This document shows positions 35,568-47,331 of a stretch of DNA of 64,000 nucleotides, piece by piece. Both the position numbers and the translations under genes were made by a program. Each line of letters opens with the position of its first letter. Within the stretch, counting starts at the first letter, position 1. The notes under the pieces are model-generated. The model worked only from the letters and a program-made list of their open reading frames with translations, searched no databases and was not told where the DNA came from. The DNA comes from an uncultured Nitrososphaeraceae archaeon (GTDB lineage: Archaea > Thermoproteota > Nitrososphaeria > Nitrososphaerales > Nitrososphaeraceae), in the NCBI GenBank assembly GCA_963825865.1, contig CAWGVG010000026.1, forward strand, positions 128,001 to 192,000. The letters are read 5' to 3'.

Positions 35568-36722
35568 ATGATGCTCAATAACAGAATTAACAGCCTTATG
35601 AGATCTCATCCTATAACTGTATCGGTGGCGGTATTGATTATAGCCACAGTAGGAGCTTTTCTCCAGACAGTAGGAGCAAGTTGGGATGTTACATCTCACT
35701 TGTTAAGACGTCCTGAAACCTTCTTCACACCTTCACATATTATGCTTTATGCAGGTGTTGGTTTATTGATTATATCTGCGATAATTAGTTCACATTTGTT
35801 GCTAAAGAATAAAGTAATTCGTACCAAGTCATTTAGCACCGCTTTCAAATTGCTTATAATAGGATCTGTAATATCACTTGTAGCCGGCCCCTCTGACTAT
35901 CTGTGGCACCAGACATTTGGAGTTGACGGATTGCTTAGCCCAACTCACCTAACTTTAGTTACGGGTATGTTGATTAATTCTATTGCCATAGTATTAGGAC
36001 TTGCTAGGATAGTTGTACATTTGCCAACAGCAAGAGAAAGGAGATTGATTAAAGCTTTAATGATTCCTGCATTCGCAGTTATGTGGCTTATGATGATATG
36101 GTATGTCTATATGTTTGCTTTACCACTTTCTAATGGAGTGCACTTTAACTTTAACCTAAATCCAGTTTATGAATCAATAATTGTTATTATTGCTTTACCT
36201 ACGATTGGTTCGATGGTTTTTATAACCGCATCTAGAACTATTGGAAGATTTGGAGCAGCTAGTGCAGTAACTGCACTATTGCTAGGAATGAACTCATTTG
36301 CAAACATAGTACCATCTAATCAATTAATGCCTTTTCTACCCTGGTATCTGATGCTTATAATACCTGCAGTAGTTTCAGATCTAATATTAAACAAGTCCAT
36401 AATAATTAGAAGATCAAAGACGATACTGAAGACGGAAAGACCTGTGATAATTTCAGGTGCAATAATTGGCTCAATGTTCTATATCCTCGGTTATCCAATG
36501 CTTCCAATAACATTTGCAGAACCGCTAAGCTATACTTTCCATTCAATGAATGATATATTAGTGAACTTTGTAAGAACCCTTCCATTGGTACTCGTTTTCA
36601 CTACAGTTCCTGGAGTCACAATGGGAATCACTGGCGCGATTATATCGACAAAGAAAATAAAAATACTACAGGCGAATATTCCAAGCAATACATTATCTGA
36701 AGTGAAAAATAATGAACTATAA
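35568..36722 (+). CDS. Polytopic membrane protein with two D-x3-H-x12-H metal-binding motifs
   Basis: WDVTSHLLRRPETFFTPSH and SDYLWHQTFGVDGLLSPTH; multiple TM helices. Confidence 0.85.
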   Translation: MMLNNRINSLMRSHPITVSVAVLIIATVGAFLQTVGASWDVTSHLLRRPETFFTPSHIMLYAGVGLLIISAIISSHLLLKNKVIRTKSFSTAFKLLIIGSVISLVAGPSDYLWHQTFGVDGLLSPTHLTLVTGMLINSIAIVLGLARIVVHLPTARERRLIKALMIPAFAVMWLMMIWYVYMFALPLSNGVHFNFNLNPVYESIIVIIALPTIGSMVFITASRTIGRFGAASAVTALLLGMNSFANIVPSNQLMPFLPWYLMLIIPAVVSDLILNKSIIIRRSKTILKTERPVIISGAIIGSMFYILGYPMLPITFAEPLSYTFHSMNDILVNFVRTLPLVLVFTTVPGVTMGITGAIISTKKIKILQANIPSNTLSEVKNNEL

Positions 36723-36755
36723 CAATAGTAGAACATAAGGAATAGGAAAAAAGAC

Positions 36756-37355
36756 GTGTGTCCAAAAGTTACCTCACGATACAAGACAGATATAAGAGAA
36801 AGAATAGTTCAATCTGCTATTGAATGTTTTTCCAAATATGGGTTTGATAGAACTAGGATGGATGATATATCTCAGACAGCAAATCTAAGTAAGGGAACAC
36901 TATATCTCTATTTTAAAAGCAAAGAAGATTTGTTTTATGCAATTTGTGAAAATAATCTTAAAGTGCTAAAAGAGCAATTATCTCAGATATTTGTAACAAC
37001 AAAAGATGATTTATTGTTTGATGCAGAACAGTTTTACGATAACCTCCACAAGCTGGAAAAGAGGGGGAATGAAAAAGTATTTTTTGAAATAGTAGCTGAA
37101 TCATCCCGTAATCCAAAATTACAGAGAATACTATATGAGCAAAGAACAAAAATATTTGATGTTGTTAAGGAGTATTTAGATCTTCAAGTTCAAAAGGGAT
37201 TTTTTAGAAAAGATATAGACACAGAAGCTATAGCATCAGGACTAGTAGCTCTTTATAACGGGTTAGCTGTATGTAAATTTTTGGGAATAAGTGGAAATTG
37301 GAACAAAAAGGCTTGGGTTGGAACAGTTAAAGCTATTATTACTGGTATAAGTTAA
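36756..37355 (+). CDS. TetR/AcrR family transcriptional regulator
   Basis: GFDRTRMDDISQTANLSKGTLYLYFKSKEDL. Confidence 0.93.
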   Translation: MCPKVTSRYKTDIRERIVQSAIECFSKYGFDRTRMDDISQTANLSKGTLYLYFKSKEDLFYAICENNLKVLKEQLSQIFVTTKDDLLFDAEQFYDNLHKLEKRGNEKVFFEIVAESSRNPKLQRILYEQRTKIFDVVKEYLDLQVQKGFFRKDIDTEAIASGLVALYNGLAVCKFLGISGNWNKKAWVGTVKAIITGIS

Positions 37356-37390
37356 CGCCACTATACTGGAAGTATCTTATTAACAGAAAT

Positions 37391-37912
37391 ACCAGATAGG
37401 CCAGACAGAGGTTACAATCGGTATTCCGCCAGGATGGGGAGGGACTCAAAGACTGTTAAGAATTGTTGGTCCTGCAAGAACAAAAGAACTTATCTATACT
37501 GGTAAAATGATTACAGCATGGGAAGCAGAAAGAATTGGTCTTGTTAATAAATTAGTTAGTTTGACGCCAGAAGAAGAATTAAGCGTACTAAGCGACAAAG
37601 TAGCCACTACTGCCAGAGCAACCACCACTACAGCTTCAAAAGAAGAGCAACAACAAGAAAAACAAATAGCAGATAGTAAACTAGCAAAAATTCTAAACAA
37701 AAAGTTAATGGACGAATGTCTTTGCCTTTTCAAGAGAGATTACAAAGAATAGTTTTGCTGCTGTTAAAACTAGCAAAATGTTAATCAACAAAGGAATGGA
37801 TGCAGACATTGATACGGGATTAAGGTTAGAGATTTATGGTTGGGCATTATGTTTTGCACATGAAGACAGACAAAAAATGATGTCATCTTTTTTGAATAAA
37901 GGAAAGAAATAA
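37391..37912 (+). pseudogene. 5'-truncated enoyl-CoA hydratase (3-hydroxypropionyl-CoA dehydratase/crotonase-like)
   Basis: [24 protein letters not shown]...[11 protein letters not shown]; C-terminus INKGMDADIDTGLRLE...HEDRQ; N-terminal half absent. Confidence 0.8.
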
Positions 37913-38772
37913 AGAGAGAAAGGTCTTCCTTTAGAGTAATTATTTTATCTTTCTCTATCTAAGTTGTATAATTTGTTTACAGCATGTGACCAGTGACAGG
38001 GATGGTACAGTCACACGCTCAAAGTGTTATATCGCTGGGCACAGAGTGTCATATTTTAATTAGATACGTTTCTGTGTGTTATTACAAAATCAGAAGGCAA
38101 CAAGGAGGAGATATATTTTAAATATTAACAATTACAATATTCACAAAACCATAGTTCCTTCAAATCATATGCGTGTTAAAATGATGCGTGCTAAAAATGA
38201 GCAATTCTAAGATAATACTTTTTATAGTTCCCTTTTAGAAATTCAATTGTGTCACCACTTAAAATTAAGTGTCGATTCCTCGCTATATCCATACCATATC
38301 CTATAGATGTGATTTACTTCTATGGTGAGTATTTCCGCAAACAGGTGAGACCTTTTCCCTAATTCCTTCAATAGATATTGGTCTGACAATATCAGCCTTT
38401 CAAACTCTTTGAGAAGATCCATGTTGTAAAAGTTAAGTGAAATATTACTTTCGAATTCATGATAAGGTAAATTATTTTTTCTAATACTACGCATAATACT
38501 TAAAAATTTTTCGCCGCTCTGCCGCTCTCATCAACCTTTGCAGGAATTTTGTTTTCAAAATCCATACCAATTCATTCAATGATTGTTTCTGCTTGGACAT
38601 CATCTAGTTGCGTCGCACCAAAATTTTCGAAGGTACTTCCTTCTGATTTGATCGTTATTTACCATAAAACATCAGACATCCTAAGGCTAACTATATACCA
38701 AATTATCAAATGAAATTGGTAAAAATTAAGAATTGGAAATTATGCCTCCACCCTCATTTATTTAAACTATTG

Positions 38773-39491
38773 TTAATTATTTAAATCAGTAGTCTTACGC
38801 AAATACTCAGTAATTCTATCATCAAGCATTTTATATTGATTTTCGTTTATGTCTCTCTTTTGCAACAGGTATATAATATCACAACGCAAAGCATCCAAAA
38901 AGTCCAGATATTCATTTTTGTTTTTGTCTTTGTTTGTAGGTTTTGTTGTTCTACAAAGTTCGTCATATTTATTATGGATTTTTAATAAATATGTGCCCAG
39001 GAATTTTGACTGCTTTCTTCCCCTTAAAAAGCCTGGTACGGTCACTATAGCTCCAGTAGCCGCTGCTCCAGTTCCTATAGCAGTTGAGATAGTAGATAAG
39101 GAAAGGAGTTTAGTGTTATTATTATTATTTTCTTGTTGTTGAGCAGTGCCTACTACTTGGATACGGTCAAAGGGAGAGTAGGCTGCTACGGTTCCGATAA
39201 CAGATAGGGAGAATATTCCCATCATTATTATTATTTTATTCTTATTGCTACTTTTCTCTATCTTGGCGGCAAAACTGAACATAAAGCAATTCCATTATTC
39301 TCTATTAGTTCTCCCAAAATATAACCTGCAATAAATATTGATATTTGAAATTGGAAGGCTTTGATACTCTTGGATCTGAGTGCAAGCCACACAAATAGGA
39401 CCAATGGTACCAAAGACAGAATGAATGTAATACCACGCATAGAATGAAGAAAATCAGCGGAATTACTATTTACCAGCATTGTTATTTTCAA
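38773..39491 (-). CDS. Hypothetical membrane protein (frameshift near 39270)
   Basis: Two overlapping ORFs with TM segments and a helical C-terminus. Confidence 0.6.
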
Positions 39492-40229
39492 ATATATTTA
39501 TCATGTCTTAAGTTCCTCCTGCTGTTGCTGTTTTTTTAACTTCCGCGTACTAATAAGATATATTGCTCCAAAGAAAAGCAATGCCACTATCGATAATGGT
39601 TCTAGGAATCCTTTTGCCAATAATCTAAAGCCAATGATTGAAGCAATGTGGTAGATAACCTGCACTAAAATAAAACCTACAAAGTTACCATTGTTAATTT
39701 TCTTTCTTGATTTTAAAATAAAGTAACTGGAATTATAGCAGCAATGAGATAAACAATAGCATCAATAAGGTTATAATAATATTGAGTTTGTAGCATTTTA
39801 AGACTGGTTCACCACTATTTAACGACCAATGCTTTATAATGATATTGAACATTAAAAGGCGAATTGCACTGAATATGATTGTTCCTCATTATGGGTCAAT
39901 AGGGTCAGTACATGAGCGTAGTGAGAAATATGAATAATACTACAAATTTATCTAACTATTAAGGACATTCTTCACCAAATCTTCTTTGTCTCACTTCTCA
40001 CCTTTTTCACCTTATGGTCCTTCCGGAGTAAGATGCTCAGAACGCGGCTGAGGCTGGAGAGGCTGCTGCAGCTCAAGATAAATTTGGAAATGCACGATTA
40101 TTTGTTTGAACATCACTAGATGATAGCCATTTATTGAAATAAGCACAAAAAGTAGGATTGAGTATTGAGAGATTCATTCGTTCATTCTAATAACAATCAG
40201 AGAATGTAAAGATATTTTCTTCACAAGGA

Positions 40230-40790
40230 CAATATAATAAGGGATCAGAGTAAAAGAAGTTTTACTTTGAAGACCTTCTGTTCCTTCTTTTTAATGTTAT
40301 CATTTAAAGCTCTAGTATTAGTTCTGTTATTCAACGAAGTTTTTATGAAACCCCTTGTGTCAATTTTGTATATTCCTTACACATTACTCAGAAAAGACAG
40401 ATTTCCCGTTGCATTGGCGTCAAAAATTGCAACACCATAGTTTCCTATTGCCTCAAAAGTATAAGTTGCTTTTCAACTCTGTGTGTCATTCGCTGCTGCT
40501 ATAAAATCTGCTCTTCCTTTAACATAAATAACATCTCCTGGTCTTGGAATAATTAAGCCTTTTCCTGCACTGGTAACGCTTATACCTTTTGTAGTTCCAT
40601 TACCAGAGAACATTGCGTCTGTTACTTTAGTTCCATTAACGGTAACCTCCTTTTGATTAATAATCTTGAAATGCTCTCTGTATAAAGGCCAGAAAAATCC
40701 GATTAATAGTTACCAAATCTTCTTCTGTGAAGTTTGCTGTCTTTCGTTCTTCTTTTGGCTCTCACATCTTGCAAGTCTCACATTGTGAAA
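40230..40790 (-). pseudogene. Degenerate secreted-type hypothetical protein
   Basis: Broken frames EVTVNGTKVTDAMFSGNGTTKG and ATYTFEAIGNYGVAIFDANATGNLSFLSN. Confidence 0.4.
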
Positions 40791-40871
40791 ATGCTTGTAT
40801 TTTTGTTTCTGAATGATGAGCATCAATCATCCTGGTAATTTTCAGAAATACTCATGTGATATTATTCTTTT

Positions 40872-41519
40872 TCATTCTTCGATACCAATTGCACGTATAG
40901 GTGAACCTGAAGCGCCAACAAGTTTTAGTGGAGTGATTAAGAGCGTAAATTTTTCATTGTTGAATCTGCATAAATTACATAAATTTTCTATTACTAGAAT
41001 TTGATTTGATAGGAGCGTTTTATGAGCTATGAATCCGCTATCAGTACCTATATCAATGCTCGGACAATCTATTGCTACGGCATTAATTTTTTTCTCGACC
41101 AAATATTCTGCGGCGTCCTTTGATAAACCTGGATTATTTTTCATATAGTTATCTTTTTCCTTAATTTGCTTTTCCCATCCTGTTGAAAAGACAACAGTGT
41201 CTTTTTCTTTTATTTCATATTTACTGTTACATATTATATCATGGCTAGTAATCATTTGATTGGAATTTTTCTGTATTTTTATGAGTATGGTATTATTACA
41301 AATGTATCTATAGACTTCAACTTGATCTATGGTTGGGCCATTTGGATTGAAATGAAACGGAGCATCCATGTGTGTTCCTGTATGAGTGCTCAAGAACACA
41401 ACTTCTGAAACATATCCTTGAGTCTCAAATTTTGACCATTTTATGAAAGTAGGCACTGGATATCCAGGGAAGGTTATCATATCCGGGGTGATTTCAAGTG
41501 TAAGGTCAACTATTTTCAT
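40872..41519 (-). CDS. Cyclase / kynurenine formamidase family protein
   Basis: HTGTHMDAPFH, IENL and GSPIRA. Confidence 0.9.
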   Translation of the reverse strand: MKIVDLTLEITPDMITFPGYPVPTFIKWSKFETQGYVSEVVFLSTHTGTHMDAPFHFNPNGPTIDQVEVYRYICNNTILIKIQKNSNQMITSHDIICNSKYEIKEKDTVVFSTGWEKQIKEKDNYMKNNPGLSKDAAEYLVEKKINAVAIDCPSIDIGTDSGFIAHKTLLSNQILVIENLCNLCRFNNEKFTLLITPLKLVGASGSPIRAIGIEE

Positions 41520-42104
41520 ATTTTATTACGACATTTTACTACTATTATTATTTTCATTCGTCATTACCTATCTACATCACAAGCCATGATCTTAGTAGAC
41601 CTTCCTTTGAAAAGTTAAGTTTATTCTCTGTCCGGCTATTTTTAGACTTGAGTAAACTATGTAGTCAATTCGTTTGTGTAGCATCTTTCATTATAAGCAA
41701 ACTGCCATGTTCGTACAACTGAAATCGTTTGTTTAGTTTGCTCATGCTTAAATGAAAATTTTTGTTCTGCTCCAAAACTCAATGGCGATGTACTATTTTT
41801 TCTAATGTTTTTTCATCATTACTATGCACGCTATACCTCCATTTCCATTGTTATATAAGTTCGACAAACAGGAACTGAATTTTGTATTGAATTGTATAAA
41901 GAATCAGAAGCAGATGATGTAATACATCGTCACTACATATGATAATTTTTGATCTTTCATGTGCACGTCCAGAATAAATACTATCTTTTGGAATTATAGT
42001 GCGATGAATACAAAAACAACAATGGCCAAAACCCATAGAAGGTAATGGCGCAAGAAGAATACTTATAGCAAAGTAGGATGAAAACAGGAGGAATTATAAC
42101 ATTA

Positions 42105-42256
42105 ATGTATAACAAAGAATCATGCAAGGCATGTGGAAGTTATCTGACTTCTGTTTCATGTGTGAGGATTGCGAGGAGCAAATTTCATGGGTATGTAGTA
42201 AATGTGATAGAATGTATGATGTAACTCACGCGCACAATGTATTGGTTCTAAAATAA
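42105..42256 (+). CDS. Small zinc-ribbon protein (one frameshift)
   Basis: CKACG..CEDC..WVCSKC...H-x-H. Confidence 0.55.
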
Positions 42257-42426
42257 CGTTAAATGGCAACGGATAATTTACCTACTTGGAACAAGCAAAA
42301 CAACAGCAACAACAGCAACAGATGATTACAAGACTGCAGCAGCAGTAAAAGCAGTTAACCCAAACCAGTCAACTGACAAGGAATTCTGGATGACAAACTA
42401 CAAATTGAAAAGACTGGTTCTGGTTT

Positions 42427-42610
42427 TCAAGTTGATTGGGACGTAAACGCTGTTGACTGACCTCCGAGAGTAAGTTGAGGACGTAGAGAAGACTCTTTTA
42501 GATCGAGTTCGACGGGTCCAACTTTAGCTTTCCTTATCTAGGTACTAGGAAAATTAAGACTGCAAGTCCTACGATGATTAGATAATATTCAGGGATCTTA
42601 ATTGGTTTAC
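42427..42610 (-). pseudogene. Displaced 3' end of the TPR membrane-protein gene
   Basis: KPIKIPEYYLIIVGLAVLIFLVP..RKAKVGPVELDLK; rejoins 43654+ in frame when the IS is removed. Confidence 0.7.
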
Positions 42611-42612
42611 TA

Positions 42613-43651
42613 TACTCACTAACATTAATTCGCTAACTCACATTCCTCGATAGATACTTGACTATGTCTAGTTTGAAACGCTTTGTTCTATAGTAATTAG
42701 CTATAGCACATGTTAGATCTTGAAATCTAGGATAGTATTTTGATACAAGCAGATCATATTTTCCCTGTCTCCAGCATTCTTCGACGGCATTGAATTCAGA
42801 CGAACCTTTTGGAAAGTATATCACTTTTAGGACATCTTTACTTTTCTCTATGTATTCCCTTACAATCTCGGAGCGATAGTGTTGACGTGCTCTGTCTATA
42901 AACAGTATTAGTTTTCCACCAAACTTCTTTTGCATTTGTATGAGATAATCCAGAAAGGAGTATTGGTTAAAGAATTCATATTGACGAAAGAATTGTCTTC
43001 CATCTATAGATAGGGCACCAAATACACATGTCCTTTGATGCGATCCGGTCATTGTTACAATTGGTCGCATTCTATCTGCAGTCCACATCTTTCTTCGAAC
43101 TAACGAATCATGTATAAAGATGGATTCGTCCATAACTGTGGCTGTAAAGCCTTCAGGTATATGCGAGATTATCCTTTTAGCCTTTTTCGAAATTTATCTT
43201 TCTCTTGCTTTGATGCAGCATTAACAAATCTCATTCTGGGTACTTTAGGACTGAAACCCCATCTATGTAATAGTCGGTAGATGTGAACTTCATGATATTT
43301 GACTCCTGTTCTTTTATATATCAAATTCATCACTTCTTTAGCCATCCATCCTGACTGATTTTCTGATAGCTCTCTTCTTATCCTAGTAGATGTTTCTTTT
43401 GATACTTCTGGAGGTCTACCGGTTCTAACTCTATCTTTCAATCCATTCAAACCTTCCTTATCAAATCTCTTGAGCCATTTGTAAGCCCACCATCTAGATC
43501 TATGGAATTCCTTTTCAGCTACACTGGATGCTTCTTTCTTATCTCCTCTAACACGCCTTGCTAGTAGAATTCTTTCCCGTACGTTAGCATTCTTTTCTTT
43601 TCTATAGGCTTTGTTCAAAATTGCAGTCGACGTCAAAGCGAATACAGAGTG
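42613..43651 (-). mobile_element. IS630-family insertion sequence
   Basis: TA dinucleotides at 42611-12 and 43652-53; short imperfect ends TACTC/CACTC; HTH ORF plus DDE ORF (DES, FIDRARQH, EFNAVEECW). Confidence 0.88.
42633..43636 (-). CDS. IS630 transposase split by a -1 frame change at an A5G run near 43185
   Basis: ORFs 43169.. (HTH, GRPP) and 42633..43133 (DDE). Confidence 0.85.
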
Positions 43652-43653
43652 TA

Positions 43654-45175
43654 CTCGTAACAGACTCAAGCTAAATTGGTGTTGACCAAGATCCTTAGAC
43701 AGTTGTATCAAATTATGTTAAGCAGTCTAGTAATAGTGGTATTTATTGTTGTGCTCCAAATTTTTGTGATGTTTTGATCGATTTCAGATCCATAGTAAAG
43801 TGGATAATATAGGGTTATACCCAAGACACCTAATCCTAGAAGTACATGCGACAATTCTTTTCGGCCACGAAGCACCCCAGAAATCCCAAAAGCTTTGCTT
43901 AACCTTACCAATTGATAAAGCTATTTTTGCTAGGTTTTCATGAGCTTCGGCCAGTGTGGGTTTTATTTCTACAGCCTTCCTGACCTCCTTCATGGCCTCA
44001 TCATAATTGTCTTTTGAATATAATGCTCTGGCTTTGGAATTATGAGCCTCTGCAAATCTTAAGTTATGTTTCTTTGCAAGATCTAATGCACTATCTAAAC
44101 ACCTTATTGCATCATCATATTTTCCTTTTTCGGAATAAACATTTCCCAGATAATACCATGCATTTTTGTCATTAGGATTCTTATGTACAGCACAGCTCAA
44201 GATATCCAGAGCTTTATCATATTTGCCCATGTTGTAACATATAAGTCCTCTAACAACTAACGCATTGGCATAATTGTCATTTCTTCCTAGTGACTCGTCA
44301 TTCAGTGCTTCTGCTTCCTCATTCCTACCCATTCTTGCAAACAATAAAGCTTTCCAGGTCAATATTATAGGATTATCGGGGGATTTTTCCAAGGCGGTGT
44401 CATAGCATTGTATAGCTTCTTCATTCTTTTCATCTCGCTTTAAAGCGGCAAGGGCTTCACCCTTGTTAGCCAATGCATAGGGGTCTGATCATCCATTTCT
44501 ATAGCTTTTATTAAAGATTTAAGACCTTAATCGTACTTTTCCAGTCCGCCAAAAGCGGCACACCTGTTGGCCCAAGCTACCGCATTATTCGCATTCAGTG
44601 CTATAGCCTTGTCATAATATTTAATAGCATCATCGTACTTCTCTAAATAATAAAAAGCGTTGCCCTTGTTAATATATAGAGTATCATTCTTTATATTAAT
44701 GTCAGTCTCTTTTATTACTTTTTCAAAGTGTTTAATGGCCTCGTCATATTTACCTAAGTTCCTATACTCTGTACCCCTGTTCAACCACACAGAAGCCCTG
44801 AATACAACGCGGAAAATTGGTGACAAATCAGCCGGCGTTGCTTCGATTTTCATTTTCTATTATTCCTAAAGATTCATCATAGTATTTGACAGCCTCTTCA
44901 TATTTTCCCAAATTGGAGAGAGCTCTTCCTTTACCATTCAATGCAATAACACAGTCAGACTTTAAATCCAGGGCTTCATCAAACCATTTGACAGCCTCTT
45001 CATATTTTCGTTGGCCCAAAAGAGTCAAAGCTTTATTTGCAAACGGACTAGGGTCAAGATTTGGGCCGGCTACTACATGTACAGGTTCCATAGATTTTTT
45101 GTTTATCTCTATGGTTTTATCAAAGCATATGATAGCCTCATCGTAATTTCTGAGGTTATTCCAAGAATCCTGCAC
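43654..45175 (-). pseudogene. Tetratricopeptide-repeat membrane protein, IS-interrupted and frameshifted
   Basis: Many NKG.AL..LGKYEEA..YDKA repeats over several frames; C-terminal TM region. Confidence 0.85.
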
Positions 45176-45181
45176 ATGACA

Positions 45182-45593
45182 TCAAGGACGTTTTAAAGAG
45201 AATCGTAGACAGAATCTATTTCCTTCTGTTCCATGTTCAACACTTAAAAAGCTAGGGCCAAAGTTTAATGGAATTTGTGTCCAAGGGGAACACCATTTGC
45301 CTACCATAAACTCATTTTTAACAATCTTTACTTGCATCGTGCCAATTGGTAAAGTCATACATATTCATCTGCTCTGGTGTTAGGACAACTCTTGAGATCC
45401 CCTTCAATAAACCTCCAAAAGTATATTCCATCTGTAGTTTACCGATGTTGTCTTTAGTAAAGTTAAACACCTGGGTTACAGGTGTTAAGGCAGTGTCAGA
45501 AACCAACTTGCCATTCCATTTTCCAATAACTTCATCAACATTTGGTGCTTTGGCATATTGTTGATAGACTGTCTCATGATCCTCTTCTGTCAT
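45182..45593 (-). CDS. Hypothetical protein fragment downstream of GH5
   Basis: ORF 45318..45593 continues by frameshift (MVGKWCSPW...RFSLKRP). Confidence 0.45.
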
Positions 45594-45597
45594 AATT

Positions 45598-46980
45598 TTA
45601 AGTCAAAGAATAGAAGGTATGGCTCAGGCGGCTATATTTAGGATAAGGTCGAGCCGTTATATCAATATGACGAGGTATTCTCTTTGGACCAAGCAATGAA
45701 AAATTTTCTAAATTCCAGTTATCCCTGTCATCTACTGTATTATAAAGATCATAATTCCAGTAGGTTGCATTGAGGAGATGTGCTTCTACTTGTTGAAATT
45801 GAAGATCCATATAGGCCCGTATCTGCTTTGCCTGATACGCTTCTTTTGGTTGGATATCTGTATAAAGCTGTTCCCAGTCATGGCTTCCACCAAATTCAGT
45901 TAGAAATGGAACAAGTCCTCTTGAAATGGCAGCCTCATGAAGTTCATAAAATATTTTTGGCCACTCTTTTTGTTTATTGTGCATGTTATCTGGAATGTTA
46001 AACAATGCATAAGAGATTGTCCAAGGATCATAGTAATGAAAAGAAAAAATTCCTTGTGATTTATACTGCTCTATGAATTTAGAATCCGCAGGTAACCATG
46101 TATGAAATTGTAACTCTAAACCGATGTCAGTAGCAGGGTAGACTGTCCAGTCCAAGCGAGGTTCAATGAAAACAAATGCCTTGTTATCAAATTTGTTAAT
46201 TTCCTTCAGTATGTTAGAATAAAATTCTTTTAAAATACTTTCTTCAAAAAATTGCTTGCCCAGACCAACTGGATGAGGTTCATTGAATGGAGAAAAACCT
46301 AATATTGCAGGATGCCCATTTCCATTATTAAGAGCCTTAAAAAATTTTACAGTCTGACCAACTGTTTTTTCTAAATGAGTACGCACTGGATAATTATCAA
46401 GACCCATATCTGTATTTTTTAAACTATTTTTCCAAAATGATTGCAGTGTATTTCTCACCAAGTAATTAAGATAGTACCCTGTTCGCCCAGTCTCTAATAG
46501 TATTGGGAAGACGAGTAGGTCTTACATGAAACTCATCTATTGCCAATGCCCAATCTGGAAAGCCATCTCCTCCATAATCTCGTGTGCAATATCTTGATGA
46601 AAATCTATAATGACAAATAGTCCATATGAATAAAGCACATCTAAGATTTCCTTAACAAGATTAAGGTAATTCTCTCCTTCTGGCAGAAGTTGGTCGAGGT
46701 TAGGATTGGGTGTTGGTTCTATGGCCTTCCATATGACTAGAAGTCTAACAATATTAAAGCCTAATTCTTTTAGAAGCTTGATTTCTGGCTCAACTACTCT
46801 CAATTCCTTCTTCAATTCTTGTGATGTAAGGCTTTTACTTTGAAGAGGTGATATTGGAAGATAAGGAGGTAGTTTGCTCCACGATGCAAAATTGACTCCA
46901 CGAAATAGGACAAATCTACCTTGAGTATCGCGGAACCATATGCCATCCTTGACAAAATTACGTGTGCTCAGATTTTCCAA
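45598..46980 (-). CDS. Glycoside hydrolase family 5 (endoglycoceramidase-like), frameshifted
   Basis: FRGVNF, DFHQD, NEPH acid/base, FHYY and TEFG nucleophile. Confidence 0.8.
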
Positions 46981-47331
46981 AGATAGGTGTAGCCATTATC
47001 TTCCTAGATATAAAGTGGTAGGTATATATACCAAGTTCAATTTTTCATGCGTCAAAATTTGATTGGAGATTAGGATAATCATCGTAACAAGTAGGGTAAA
47101 GTCAATTTACTTACCAATTTTGTTACTATGGTATAGCTCTGCTAGCCGCATGTTTTGAAAATGCAATATGGAAAAACTACTGCTGGAGATAACACGCATT
47201 AGCCCTGGAATGGTGGTATGATATCTTTAATATATTGCTAGCTTCAACAACAGTAATAAAGCATAAAGCTAACTCTCACCAAGTATACTTTGCGTGAAAA
47301 TTAATAACCCTTCTATTCCACGAGGGAAATA

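Noticed and set aside
42362-42608. Apparent structured RNA or c-di-GMP-I-like motif (GACAAACTA-hairpin-GGGACGTAAAC) with a terminal stem
   Set aside because: The minus strand of 42427-42610 encodes the TM tail of the IS-interrupted TPR gene, and the second riboswitch stem is absent.
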